Notes: generated from the letters alone by a model not told the origin. A stretch of DNA of 64,000 bases from Azolla caroliniana (GCA_043228905.1 JBHGNT010000021.1:682001-746000); one strand, 5' to 3'; shown: positions 1-14,100, numbered from the stretch's first letter. Translations and numbers: made by a program.

Positions 1-2745
1 GCTCGCAAAGCAATGTGTAAGATGACACGTCGTAAGAGACGAGCGTGGGAGGCATCCCAATACTGGGAACTCTACCATATGCTCATGAGTAGCGATTGCG
101 CCACAGCATGGAAGAGACTACGGGAGCCAAGACCACAAACACCCATCGAAGATCCCGAAACTTGGCACACATATACAGAGAGATTTTACCAAATCCCAAA
201 CCAACCACCCTTTCCAATGCCTTCCACACCCCGGCCTACCACGGGGACACTTTTCACGACCTCTAGGGTCATGAAGGTCATAAAGAAATTACAACATAGG
301 AAGTCCATGGACCACACAGGATTGCGAGCAGAACACATTATATATATATGCGAGAGAGTGCCTAGCTCCCTTGCTAACTCTAATCTTCAATCGTGCCCTT
401 GCGGAGGGTTTTCCACCACGGTGGACTATGAATACAGTGGCCCCCATACATAAAGGGGGGGACCCCATGGACCCAAATACATATAGGACCATTATGATAG
501 GCCATACCCTTGCTAAGTTATATGGTGCAGTAATGGAAGCAGAGCTTAGCGACTACATGGAGACCCTAAACCTTCGTGCACCTGAACAAGCTGGCTTTAG
601 ACGAGCCTTCTCCACTATTGATCATATCTTCACACTTAGATGCCTAATTGACCAAACTAAGGCTCGCAAGAAGAAATTATATTGTTGTTTTGTGGACTTC
701 CGCAAAGCCTTTGACACAGTCCCTAGAGAGTGGTTGTTTGATAGACTTAAAAGCTTGAGGATACCAGATGATATGGTATGGGCCATCTACGCACTATATG
801 AACAAGTGTCCGGGTGTGTCCGATGCCCAGGTGGCCTATCCAATCGTTTCACTAGCACTATTGGTGTAAAAATAGGTTGCCCCCTATCACCGACGCTTTT
901 TGGGATCTACATTGATGAGATCACAGATTTTATTGCTCGTGAGGGAGGCACCGAAGTGGTCCTTGGGGATACGCAGGTTCGTATCTTGCTCTATGCGGAT
1001 GACATAGTTTTGCTCTCTGAATCTGAACACGACCTACAGAGGCACCTTAATGCCTTAGATGACTTTTGTGTACAACGAGGATTGGTAGTGAATCTAGGGA
1101 AAACAAAAGTCCTTATCTTCCACACATCGGCCCAAGTTAGAGCTAAGTGTCACCTAACTATCTCCCATAGCCCAGTCGAGGTGGTTGGATCATACGTCTA
1201 TCTCGGAGTCACTTTTAGTGCCCGCTCAGGTAAATTTTCGATGACACAGGCAGCGAAGGATAGACTCATGAGAGGACATGCATCCCTCTCACTCCTAGAG
1301 AGACAATGCCACCAAGCACACTTTCAAGAGCCACGGACTAAAGGGTGGCTCTTTGACTCATTAGTGACCCCCTCCCTCATGTATGCATCAGCGGTTTGGG
1401 CTCCAGGATTACCATCTTTCATGTGGACGCAATTAGAGAGACCATTGGTGATGATGTTATCACGCCAACTCCGAAGCAAATCGACTGTACCACATGACAT
1501 TATTAGGGCCGAGTTCACGTTACCCCCAATGCTAGTAGAGGCACTTTTTCAACTTGTAGTCTTCATTTATAGGATACATAGCCAACCACATGATAGAATA
1601 TCTCATCAAGCCTTTAAGGCCTCTCGATCATTGTATGAGTCCGGCTATACTAGCTCATGGTATGGCATGATGGTGAGTTGGCTTCTTGCGAATGTTCTAG
1701 ACATTAATAACCTACCTCCCCTTAGGTACAACCACACGAGTGATAACACCTTAATCTCTCATGAGAACCGCAATAAAGTAATACGCCAAGAAATATGGCA
1801 AATTTACACTCGGTGTAAATGGATCACCCCACTAGAGCCACTCCCATCTAAAATGTCGTACTATAAGAAACACTTCATGCACTTCTCTGAGTTAGGTTTT
1901 ATCACGCGGCCAAAATATCTAGATGTATTCTTACCACATGCAATAAGGGTTGCCATTGGACAACTTAGAATATCATCTCACCAACTTGAGATTGAAAATG
2001 GCCGTACTAGTGGAGTCCCTAGGGAGGAAAGGATATGTAGGTTATGTCACATAGAGATAGAGGATGAGTACCACTTTACATGCAAGTGTCCAACCTATGC
2101 CGAGATAAGGGCAAAATACCACGACATACTTGGTCCGTTTCCCACCCTCCCCAAACTATTAGATACTCTAGATATAAAGAAATTAGGCAAATACATTCTA
2201 GAGCTAAAACAACACAGAGAGAATAAGTTACAAAATGTTGACAATAATGTTGCTAATGATCACAAACATGTAACAAATGAAGTTTTTCAGGAACCTGAGG
2301 AGACAACGAATGCCGACACACTTGCACCACTCGGCCTTTCCATTGATGAGGCAGAAAACCAGAGAAGAACCAGACGTCCTCGGATGCCGGGTTTCAAAGC
2401 AACTCAACGTGATGTGGAAGCAATATTGAAAATAAGGGAACGTGAGCTACACCGCCTAGAAGCCATGGCTAGGGCACTCTCTACATTGGAACCCACATCA
2501 AGACCCTTTGACCCCCCACTTCTTTTCGAGAGGCTTGGGTGGAAATAAAATTAGGCTTATTGTATAGTCACTTTCGAGTATACTACATATTGTACACTAC
2601 TAGAACTCTTTTAGTTTAAGTTCTATTTTTTACTTAATTTTATTGTAGTTATGATGACCGGATAAATACTCTATTGTTGTAAACCAATTGTCTCATGGGC
2701 CAAATTTGGCCTTAGAAGACGTTAATATATCTTTCTTTCTTTCTT
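1..2745 (+). mobile_element. Non-LTR retrotransposon (LINE, RTE/RTE-X-like); 5' part lies outside the window
   Basis: ORFs 13..453 and 371..2548 give an RT with QAGFR..STIDH, FVDFRKAFD, GCPLSP, YADD and YLG motifs. The C-terminal SSHQLEIENGR..ERICRLC..EDEYHF..CPTY Cys/His motif resembles RTE-X. The 3' UTR ends in palindrome GGCCAAATTTGGCC (2698-2711) and a (TTTC)n tail (2730-2745). Confidence 0.9.
13..2548 (+). pseudogene. LINE ORF2 (reverse transcriptase plus Cys/His domain), frameshifted at ~346-349
   Basis: Removing 4 nt (ATAT) from the AT run at 337-349 joins the two ORFs as ...GLRAEHIIYARECLAPLLTLIFNRAL... Confidence 0.85.
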
Positions 2746-3031
2746 ACTCATAGTTACAGAGGCAACTACCTTCAGTGTAACTTTTACAACAATGATCTTC
2801 ACTACTCTAATAAAGTTTGCCCTAGTTGTTTTTATACTAGAACAACTTTCAGGTTATTTACAAGTATAGCCCACAAGGGGCATTTTGGACTATTTACAAT
2901 TATAGTCTTCCGAATCGGCCATTGAATCGATTTTGGTTCTCGGTTTCAATCTCGGCCTCTACCAAATTACCCTTGTGTCTTCGATTCAGTTTGTTCTCTT
3001 CTTCCCATCCGGAGGGACATGTTTCCCAACA
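2746..3031 (-). repeat. Partial 3' LTR of the copia element, apparently interrupted by the LINE
   Basis: Begins TGTTGG immediately after the PPT and runs into the LINE (TTTC)n tail at 2745. Confidence 0.6.
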
Positions 3032-6000
3032 AACTCCCCCTTCACTCCGGCATGGGGTACTTTACCAATCTGACTCTTTATCGACACTCATTCAACTTCT
3101 CTGTTGACAGTACTTTCGTTAGCATGTCCGATCCATTTTCGGCCGTGTCGATATGCATCAAAGAAAACTCCTTTTTATTCTACTCGCCCTCAAAGCCAAT
3201 GATATCTTCTTTGGATATGCTTGATCCTCGGGTGGTAGGCAGCATTTTTCGCAAGGTGGATGACACTCTGATTATTGCAATGGAGCCAGAATTCCTCTTG
3301 TTGAATTCCCAACTCTTCAATAAATTCCTTCATCCAAATTATTTCCTTATTGGCTTCCGCTACGGCCATGTTCTCGGCTTCCGTGGTCGACAACGCCACG
3401 GCCTTCTGTAGCCTCGACTGCCACGAAACAACTCCCCCTACATAAGTGATCACGTATCCAGACGTGGATCGGCTACTGTCCACATCAACCGACATGTCTG
3501 AATCCATATAACCTTCCAATGTGGGGTTGGGGTTACCCAAGCTTAATCGAAGACACACATTCGAGGTGCCTCTCAGGAACCCGAAGTATCCATTTGATTC
3601 ATGCCCAATGCTCTCTTCCGGGATTGCTCATATATCGGCTGACCACTCCGACTGCATATGCGATATTCTGCCTTGTACACACTATTGCATACATCAAGCT
3701 TCCGACTGCTGAGGCATGAGGGACTTTTGATATCTTGGGCTTCTCGGTTTCGATTTCAGACATTGACTTCCGCTCAGCTTACAATTTGTCGGCAGTGTCG
3801 AGCCGACTGGTTTCACACTTTCCATGCCGAATCTCTAAAGCACTTTTGTCACGTACTTCTCCTATGGCAACCATAACAATTTCTTTGTTCAATCCCGAAC
3901 AATGTGCATGCCCAGGATTTGTTTTATCGGACCCATATCTTTCATCGAGAACAACCAACTCAAAGCCTTCATCAAACTTCAGATTTTCCTCAGGTCCTGT
4001 TCGACAATCAGCATGTCATCCACATACAACAGGAGGATGAGAAAATCTCCTCCATCATACTTCTTGACAAAGATGTAGTGATCAGCTTGTGTCTTGCCGA
4101 AACCGTGATCCACCATGAAGGATTCAAACTTTCGGTACCATTGTGGAGATGCCTCCTTCAGCCCATACAAGCTCTTTCTCAATCAGCATACAAGGTTTTC
4201 TTTACCCTTTTCCTCAAATCCTTCCGACTTGTGCATATATATCTCTTCGTCCAAATCTCCATGAAGGAAGGCAATCTCGACGTCCAGTTGTTCGACTTCG
4301 AGATCCATGTTGCCCACAATGCTCAGCACTGTTTAGATTGACGTCATCTTCACGACCGAGGAAAATATTTCGTCGAAGTCAACACCCTTCTTCTGTTGAA
4401 AACCTTTCATGACAATTCATGCTTTGTACCTGGGTGGATTCCTGTCATCACTCGGTTTCAACTTGTATACCCATTTGTTCCGGAGTGCCCTTTTCCCTTT
4501 CGGAAACTCGATCAGTTCGTATGTGTGGTTCTCATGCAAGGATTCCATCTCCTCTTGCATGGCACTTAACCACTTTCAGCTATGGGTATCGTTCTTAGCT
4601 TCTTCAAAGCTTTCTGGATCCCTCTCATCGGTCAAAAGTACACGCTCTTCATCCGAAAATCTTCGGTGGGCCCTTCTCTCTCTAAGGGGGTATCTTTGGC
4701 CTACATTCGGCACGGTCGGTTCTTCCATGACTTCTTCGGCCGAGTCAAATTTGGTTCCTTGTCCAGCCGGTTCCCCTTGTTCTTAAGTCGGTTCTCCATT
4801 TTGCCAAGTATTAAATCACCCGACTAGCTCGGATTCGATTTCAATCGAATCGACTTCTACTCAATTCGGTAGTTGGAGACTTGTTCTCAATCTCCCAATT
4901 GACAATCGTCTTCTCTTCCATGAAGACGATGTCTCGGCTCCTAATCACCTTCTTCTCGGTTAAGTCCCATAGCCTATAGCCGAAATCATCATTGTCATAG
5001 CCGAGAAATGTGCATGGCCGAGATTTCGGATCCAGCTTCCCCCTCTAATCCTTTGCAACATACACATAGGCAAGACAACCAAACACCCTCAGATGTCGAT
5101 ATGAGATGTCTTTGCCACTCCACACCCTTTGTGGAATATCATCGTCCAAGGATACTGAGGGTGATCGGTTTATCACATACGTTGTCGTCATCAACGCCTC
5201 AACCCAGAACGTCTTCTGTAACTTTGCATGTACAAGCATACTTCAGACCCTCCCCATTACGGTTCGGTTCATTCTCTCTACCAGCCTGTTAAGCTCTGGT
5301 GTCTTCGGCACAGTATACTCGAACCGGATTCCCTACGCTTGACAATATTCTTCGAACGGTCTGCGGTACTCTCCGCCATTGTCAGCTCGTCCTGCCTTCA
5401 ACTTTCGGCCAATTTCCCTGTCGACCCTCGCTTGGAACTCTTTGAAGACGGATAATACTTCATCCTTCGTCTTTAGCACGAAAGCCCACAACTTCTGGCT
5501 ACAGTCGTCTATGAAGGTCACAAAATACTGTGATCCAGCATGAGACTTCGTGTCCACATAGCCTACGTCTGTATGCACGAGTTCTAGCAGCATTTTCTTC
5601 CTCATCGAGGGCCTCGATCAAAACGAAGTTCGATTTTGTTTGTCGGTCAAGCAATCGGCACACTTATCCAAATGCACTTTCTTTACCTCTAGTAGGAGTT
5701 CCTTTTCGGCTAGAATATGCATTCCCTTCTGGCTCACGTGACATAGCCTCTTATGCCACAACTCACCAGTTGTGTCGACTGCCATGTTTACCTCATTTCG
5801 GCATAAACGAGCATTCATTATATACAGTGTGTTGGTTTTCCGAGCTCGAGCCACGATCAGGCTCCCCGTGCAGAACTTCATGACGTTTGTTCTAGAAGCT
5901 ACCAGTGTAGCCTTCATCATCCAGCCGACCAGCTGATATCAAGTTTAATAGAACTTCTAGAACGTGCCGAACATCTCTCAGCACTAGTCTGCACCCGATC

Positions 6001-6480
6001 GATGTCATCAGACACACATTTCCAATGTTGACAATTCGGCATGCTCCTTCATTCCCCATTCTTAGAAGACCATGGTCTCCAGCCTTGTATGATGAGAAGC
6101 ACTTTCGGTCGAGGCTTACGTGAAACGACGCACCCGAATTGACCACCCATGTCGATTCTTCGCCGGCGAGATTGACCTCATTTTGTTCACTAATGAATAG
6201 CAACTCCTCTTCACTCGCAGTGATTGTTGAGGTGTTCTTTCTGTCCGATACTTTCTTTGGTTGTACACCATCAACTCCCCCTTTCTCCTTTCGAAAGTAT
6301 CGGCAGTTCTTTTGGAAGTGCCCTAGCTTCCCACAATAGAATCATGTGGACCTTCCCCTCGACTTCGACCTTGTCCTCGACTTATCTCGATTCTGGGGAC
6401 TTCGATTTCGACCTCTTCCTCGATTCGTGTCACTTTCCGTGACGAGGACCTTCGGGTCAATATTGGACTCTCGATCCTTC
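2746..6480 (-). mobile_element. Degenerate Ty1/copia LTR retrotransposon (Tnt1-like): gag end, PR, INT, RT, RNaseH, PPT and part of the 3' LTR
   Basis: Minus-strand fragments in copia order: zinc knuckle CFYCGKLGHFQKNC (~6300-6340), WVVNSGASFH protease, LWHKRLCH, LELVHTDV..FVTFIDD..ADNGGEY integrase, KSLYGLKEA..LYVDDML RT, SRSTSGY..VALSTTEAE..KHI RNaseH. PPT GAGTGAAGGGGGAG (3034-3047) is followed by LTR start TGTTGG at 3031. Confidence 0.9.
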
Positions 6481-6482
6481 TG

Positions 6483-8158
6483 GTGGCCTAAATTGCTCAT
6501 GTCATAGGAGTCATCAACAAATTCATGCACAACCCAGGCCAATAGTATGTATTTAGATACCTAGTGGGCACACAAGACCTTGACATCCTCTTTTGTCCAA
6601 ACAAGAACTCAAGCATAGTTGGTTACACCGCCTCAGACTTTGTTGGTTGTGTGGATAACCGAAAATCAACAACCAGTACTGCTTCAAATTTGGTAATGGA
6701 GCAATTTCGTGGAAGTCAAAACTTCAAGAGTGCACAGCCACTTCAACAACCGAGGCCAAATACGTAGCCACGTCCGACGTGGCGAAAGAGGCTCTATGGC
6801 TCAGTCGGCTGGCATGTACGTTTCGACAAGTCGATCCCAACTCGGTTCCAATTGTCTACAGCGATAGCCAAGGTGTTGTTTCTGTGTCGAAGAATCCGGC
6901 TCATCACAACGCTTCCAAGCACATCGACATTCGATACCACTTCATTCAGGATTGCGTAAGCTCGGCCTCAAAATGGGATTACCGAGTGTCTCACAGCCGA
7001 CCGATTCTGGTCACTTCGACACTAGATGGGTCTACAGACAAGTCAATTCAATTGAGTCGAACAACAGAGGTAGCCTCAGCAGTCAGCCTTAAAGGTGAAT
7101 CGACTTCTACACTCGAATCGGTTGATTCTACCTCTATTTCTGTTTTTTTGTCGTCACCGATTAGGTTATAAGCCAACCTACTCGAGCATCTCCTTGTACA
7201 TCATGTATACCTTGGTTCATATTACAAGTGACTCTCCCCTCAGTGTATATGCCCATTACGGGGGAGTGTCGAATACAGGTGTATAATGGTCGTGTTCACA
7301 CTGTCCCTTTGAATAAACTAAGCTTAGGACATTTATGTAAATATGTCTAAGGACAAATGCCCTAACCTAGTTAGCATATAACCGGTCTTGTAACCTAGTT
7401 CAAGTTTTCTTCTTTTTTTCCAAAACGAAATAACCTTCCATTAGTTGTATAAAAAGGGTCATAACAGCTACAACATACAAAGTTTTTCCCCCTAACCCAT
7501 CTTGTGTAACACACTAGTTGAGGAAACAAATCCAAAGTAAAGAAACAATCCACTAATTGCAAGTTATTCCTTAGACACAATGCAAGGTATCATATCCATA
7601 GACAACAACCAAAGTACTTATATTCGGAAACAAGCCCTCGCATGTCATAGTTATGAACCTTTCAATACTTCTTCAACCTGCTCCTATTCAAGATAATCTT
7701 AATCCGAAAAACCCCCAATGCTACTAGAAACTTTCAAGGTAGATAACAGTGTTTTCCATGGCTGTATATCACATATTTGAAGGCAATCCAATACATTATA
7801 CTGTCAACTCAACAAATATGCTTCCTCTTTCCACATCAACCATCTCGCCAGTTACCACCAACTTCCTATACATCACAGATTTGAAGGCAATCCAATACAT
7901 TATACTGTCAACTCAACAAATATGCTTCCTCTTTCCACATGTAACCTAGTTCAAGTTGTTGTTGATTGTAACATTTTGGAATAATACAACTACATTGTGT
8001 GCCTAATCTCTTTCTCATTTATATTTTGTTTCTTTGATCTTGTCTTTGTGAGGTTGCCTTGTCTGATCTGTTCTCCATAGTCTATTGTTGTCATAACTTG
8101 TTAGTCTTCATCATACACTATTGATATTGTTTCAGGATTGACGATCTCAACTCCAACA
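6483..8158 (+). mobile_element. Second copia remnant (RT end, RNaseH, PPT, 3' LTR) in opposite orientation
   Basis: IAHVIGVINKFMHNPG..FRYL.GT, GYTASDFVGCVDNRKSTT, AKEALWL..YSDSQG..KNPAHH..SKHIDIRYHFI. PPT GGGGGAG (7260-7266) is followed by TGTCGAA at 7267; probable LTR end TCCAACA at 8158. Confidence 0.75.
7407..7939 (-). mobile_element. 5'-truncated retroposed (L1-like) insertion in the copia LTR, with 18-bp target-site duplication
   Basis: TGTAACCTAGTTCAAGTT occurs at 7389-7406 and 7940-7957. A T-rich tract at 7405-7419 corresponds to an A-rich tail on the minus strand. Confidence 0.65.
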
Positions 8159-8159
8159 A

Positions 8160-10035
8160 CTACATGATGTGTGGAGGTGGCAAGGGAATAATATTATTAG
8201 GTAAACCTGTCAACATCCTTCTTTATGTTTATGACAAAATCGTTAGGCTTGAATCTCATGCATCTAACATCATCTCAATGCCCTAGATGACTCATGGGAA
8301 ACTTTGGAAAGACTAAGACTATGATCATCAACACATCCACATTTACTTGTTGACAAGTCATCTTCACCCTATAGGCTATAAACAGGGAAAGTTGAATTTT
8401 CAAGCAAGGGTGGGTACATCTCCATGACCCAAGCCACCAACGATTGATTCACACAAGGATATATAGCTATAGCAATGCTAGAACAACAATGCCACCAATC
8501 ACACTTCCAACTTATAGTACGTAATATACTTCAATGCATTGGCAAACATTCTTTTTCATACGAATGTGTATGTTATCAAAACATTCTTATGTTTTTTTTT
8601 ACACTTTTTACCTCAAATTTCTTAACTTATAATAAATAATGAATACAAAAGTATGGTATTTACCATAATTCGAGGGTGTTTATCATACTCGAATTATTGA
8701 AACATTCTCGAATGCGAATGCACGTATGGGGCGTATGGTTCATACTATGCTTCCAAGAGTGTAGTACTAAAGTATGACTATTATTTGACCACCATAGTCA
8801 CCCATGCCCTCATGTATGATGCAACCCATATGGATTCTAGGACTCCCCATGTATGTCCACTAATTATGTACAAGAGCATCTGTGATGAATCGATGATGGT
8901 CGAAGCATTAATCTAGACATTGAACCTTATCAACCAAATTTGAACCAAGCCACCTCAAATAACTACATGTAAGTCATTCAAAGCATTGGAGCAAATGGCA
9001 TCAATAGAATACATGGAAGGATCATGGTGCTTATAGGTGATGAAGTGATTTAGCAACAATGGCCTTAACATGAGAATGTGTCACCCTTCCAATAATGTGC
9101 ACCTCTCCCAAGTGATACACGCAAAAGGGATTGCGACAAGATCTATGGTAACTCTATACACAAAAGACTTGGCTCGCACCATCAGAGTTGTTTCCCTCAA
9201 TTATTCCCTAGTACGAAGATCAATTCATGAACTTTGCAAAGGTTGACTTCATTCAAAGACCGAGCTATGTGGACATCTACATGCCGCATGGTGCTTGCAA
9301 AAGCAATAGGCCTACTCAAAGTTTCCGCCCACCAACTCAAGATCGACGCTGGATGAGCACTTTGCATAGCTATAGGTGAAAGATTTTGAAATTTATGTAA
9401 AGAAGAGATTGAAAGCAAGGAACATTGTGCAGGTGCCCAACTTTCAACCACATTAGAGAGAAGTATGTTACGCTCTACTTTGAGTCCACTACCATTAGAC
9501 AAACAATGGAGAAGGTTAAACAACAATTTGGAAGTGTTGCTTAAGCTTCAAAAACATTGGGAAACAACCCTTGTATTAGGTTGTGAGCAACCCTTACATT
9601 ACCATGTGAGATGTAACAACAATCACACCACTTGTTTCTTCCATAACTCCTTCCCTCCAGTTACAACGTGTTGAGGAGTCATCAAAGAGTAAACGAATGA
9701 ATGACGACGACGGAGACCACGAGTACCAAGATATAAGGCACATGGGCCATATTTCCACATAATGTAGATCTATAGTGCTTGTAATGCCCAATCCACACAA
9801 ATACAACCACATGCACTTGCTAAACTTCATCATAGTGTCATTTTATTGTACCGCCCAACCTTGGATACAAACTCTCGTGATATTAGCCATCCATTACATG
9901 TTTGTCAACCATCTCAGAAATCATTCAACCTCATGCATTAAGATAATTATCACATAGTATGGACGACATAAATTCACCCATATTTGTCTTGAACGATTTT
10001 GACCTCTAGAAACATCAATATTTCTTTCTTTCTTT
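8160..10035 (+). mobile_element. Old degenerate copy of the same LINE family as 1..2745
   Basis: Remnant peptides align in order with the young copy: NFGKTK, SMTQATND..AMLEQQCHQSHFQ, FDTIVTHALMY, RQDLW.LYT, FIQRPSYVDIYMPH, AIGLLKVSAHQLKIDAG, ERF..LCKEEIESKEH..CPT. It ends in a similar 3' terminus with (TTTC)n at ~10020-10035. Confidence 0.8.
8512..8749. mobile_element. Small hAT-like non-autonomous insertion splitting the old LINE
   Basis: CTTCCAA duplicated at 8504-8510 and 8750-8756, splitting the ..HFQ/E.. coding remnant; weak terminal inverted match TATAGTAC / CATACTATG. Confidence 0.5.
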
Positions 10036-11154
10036 GTGTGTGTGCATGTGTGAGCTAGGGTTCTTTCTTTGAACGGTTCTTGTGAGGAGACTCATAAACT
10101 TCAAACCTTTATTTTGCAAAGAGAGGTACACCAAAAGCAATTCCCCACTGCAATCATTTGAGCAAACACATGTAGGCCACATCCTCAAATGTCACCTACA
10201 AGCTCTCTTATAATATTGGCCAAAAAAACACATCTTGATCATCTAGTAACTGAATGTCTGGTTGATACCTACTTTGAATATTTCAATTTGCTTCTGGTAG
10301 ATTTGTTTCCAAGTTGACTCTAGCTGTCTAGAATATGAAATTGTCAATTCTCTTCAATGCTTTCTTTGGTGGTAACATTAGCCATACTTGCAATTTACAT
10401 GTTGCTTCTGCAACTTGTATACAATGCTCATTGACCAAATCACTACATAAATGTATAATCATGCCTACACAAGATTATGCATAAACACAAACATACTTAG
10501 AACGTTGGCTAAGAGATAGTGCACATGTGAATGAAAATTGTTGATCTTGATCTTTCCATGTACAAAAGAATCACATCTTTAACCTGTTGAAAAAATCAAT
10601 TGACTATTAAAACTAGTCAATCCATAGACATAATGAAAATGATCAAGTTGTACTAGCCAATCCCTTTGGACCACTCATTTGTACATTCAAATCTATTTGA
10701 AACATGGCTTCTATATATAGAATAGAACCAACCCATCAAATTTCCGGTTGATATTTATTGCATTGCCATGCCATAAGCATGCATTGTAAGGCAATAAAAG
10801 CAACCATCTGTTGTGGTGTTTAAAAATGCACTATCTACAACGAATAAAAAGGAATTATACATGTAGCCATGTTCCATTGTTTTGTCAACTCTTGGTAAGA
10901 ATTACTTCCCAATGGTATTAGAGATTTTCTGATGTAATCATCACTCAATCTGACCAACTTCCTGGAGACAAGGGGAGGTATAATAATACAATCATCTATA
11001 AGTTCTATAAAGCCTCTAATGTGATCCCAAGAGTTTTGGGTTCATTCATTGACCAAACAATCAACTTTGTCCCAAAAAGACTGATGGGGAGCACATTAAT
11101 ACTTTTTACATCAAGTTCGGACTTGGGATCACTTCTCACTACTAGCACATTCCT

Positions 11155-14100
11155 TTAAGATATAGAGTGAGAAACCACCACTTTATGAAGCTTGCTTGTA
11201 CATGAAAATACACCCTTCACCTCTAAAACAAGAACAACTACTCTTTTACTATTAGAAAGCTCTTTTGAATTGAACCCATTATCAAATAATATATCACTTC
11301 CGATGCACTGAAGTGATATGTCCTGACTATGACCTGGCTCAAGTAACCCCGATGCAGGAAGCACCTACAAAACATATAAAAGACATGTTCCTTTATCCTA
11401 TATCATTTATAAAAATAAGTGGTATATAAACAATAGAGGCAGCAATAATAACATATGTTCATACCTGTAACCAAGAAGGCAACCCATTTTGCCCTCTGTC
11501 GAATGATGATAATGATGAGGATTCATTTCTCACGGAACTTTTTCTTTCTGACCGGAAGCTAAAGCGTGTGCACTCATTAGACGAAGGATTGGATAGTTTC
11601 AATATCGATATGTTTTTGTCGACCAATTTCACATTGGAATTGTTTACAACAATTTCTGGTACCAGCTCAATCTGTTTCTGTATTTGTTGAGCTTCAGTAT
11701 CAGTTCGCAGAAACTTCCCGTACTCCCATCTTCGTGCAGCTTCATTTATTGCCGCAATCCGCATATCAAAACAGCACGAAACAGGCTTGTGATCACTCTC
11801 CTTGGCTCCCATGGAAGATCCATACCTTTGTACAACATCAGAAATGAACAGAGTTTAGGGTTTAAGATTTAAGATCTATCTCTCTTTTTGTCTAACTAGA
11901 CCCGGTGTAATACCATAGCACTAACTTTCATAAAGAGCTCCAATTGTTCAACAAGGAAAAAGAAAGGATCACAAAGTGCTTATAATTAGCAAATGTGCAA
12001 ATGTTTTGTCTACAATTATCTCAATTTAATGTGTAGATAGAGAAGGAAAACATAAATTAAAATAGCTTATGGATTCGATCAATTCACATCAACTTAAAGA
12101 CGCCACTTTTGCATACCAAGTTACCCTTGCTGAAATAGGGCGCAATAAACCTATCTTGTTATCTAAATCGCTGTGGTCAAAGCTATCACGGTATATTACA
12201 CGATCACACCAAGCTGGAACTCTTCTTTTCTCACTAGAATCATAGCCTGCAAATGGAGTAATCAATTTGATTAAAATTCGAAGAACATGTCATGATTATA
12301 TGATTGTAACAATGTTCTAGTTCCGTTTATAGAACACAACAACTTGATGTTAGTTAAAGATCTAAATACTTTTTGCATAAATAATGAATTATTAACATCT
12401 TTAAGACCAAGATATTCCTCGTTAAATGAGTTATATACTATATTTGTATCATCAGAAGGTATCAAATGTCATATGAAAAATGACAAAAAAACGAAGTGAA
12501 ACGCACAATGTATCCATAAATATTAACTTTTTTAAGTGTCATTGAAATAAATGAAGATAAAATACTAAACAACTAAAAGAAAGTACGACACTAGATCAAA
12601 CACGCCATATATAACATAATTATGTTAAGAAATTTGGCGAAATATTAGCATCATTATTAGAATAATGGAAGAGGAATAGGTTTAAAACAACAATGGTATG
12701 AATCTTTCAACATAAGATGAAACTCTGACCTCTTACCTTTAATAGTATCACATCCTTTGTCAAATTTATAGGTAGGAGGAAACAAGATATCAGCCTCACG
12801 CATGCCTTGAAATACCCTCCCAGCAGTCATCTCAGCCCTCAACTGATCTTTTTCCAATAGGATCTCATATCTTTTCTCATTGATTAAATTGATTGCATCT
12901 GCATATGATAAATCTGCCAGTCTATAATTGAAATCACCAACCCAAATAAGAAGATCTGCTTCAGAAACTTCTGGCATGACCAAAATCCCTTCTTCCAAAT
13001 CCTCTTCCTGTTCAGAAAATGCACGCTTTGCAACCATTACATATATGAACATATTCCTATGAGAGCATTATAAATTTCTCTAACAAAATTGAGTGAGCAA
13101 TGAGAGATAAATTACTTAATTTAATGTCTCTATAGAGGACAACATTGCATATGAGACCCAAAATACTTATTTCTGATTCCATGCAATATCTCCTCCATAC
13201 AAAAGGAAAATTCTCAGAGACAATAGAATATATCCAACTAAATACAAACCTCCAGGACTGGTAGAGAGAACAAGAATAGAACTTTAAAACAAAGATATCC
13301 ATGGACACAGGCCAAGCATGACTCAGAAAATTATGAACTAAAGTGAGCTATTCTTCTTCAAGTGTTTGAATATACTATGAAACCTCTAGATTCAAAGATG
13401 GCAGGTTCGCAACACGAATACTGATGAATAAGAAGAATGAGTGATACCATCCTTCTCTCTGGAATAACTCAGTGGTGTTTTACTAGCAACGCATGGTCAT
13501 ACATACCCTCCCTTACTTCCAAATTCTTTCAATGTGATTAGCGTAGACACTATAATGCAAGAATTAAAATCACTGAAATTTAATTGATGAACAAATGCTC
13601 ACCTCTTCTGTCGTCATGTCCTCAACAGATGATGTGTCATATCGCATACTGGCACCCCGAATTATTTGTACAGCAGATGCTACAGCAAGAATATCACCTC
13701 ATATTACAAATATATGGTGCATTACCATTTTTTTAAGACACAATAAATAAATGCTCACCAGCCATGGCAGTAGCTGCAAGACCTACCCCCCCATATAATC
13801 GTCCAAATGTCATCCTTTGATAAATGTGTGCAAAATCAGCATTGCGTTTAGTCACTGCATCCATATGTGCTGCAAAGTGGCCGTTCACCACACATATTGT
13901 CCTCCTAAAAACCATCATTTTTATTGCAGCAGCCCCCTGAAAAGTGATTCATCCAGTAGATATTCCCCAAATTATCGTCAAATGGAAAGATGAATTGCAA
14001 AATAGATATTCTATTACTTTCTAAAGCAGGAGAGTTGCATTATCAGGGAGGTATTATCTGTCAATTCAGTTCTTAATGTTGTAACCAACAAACAGCATAA

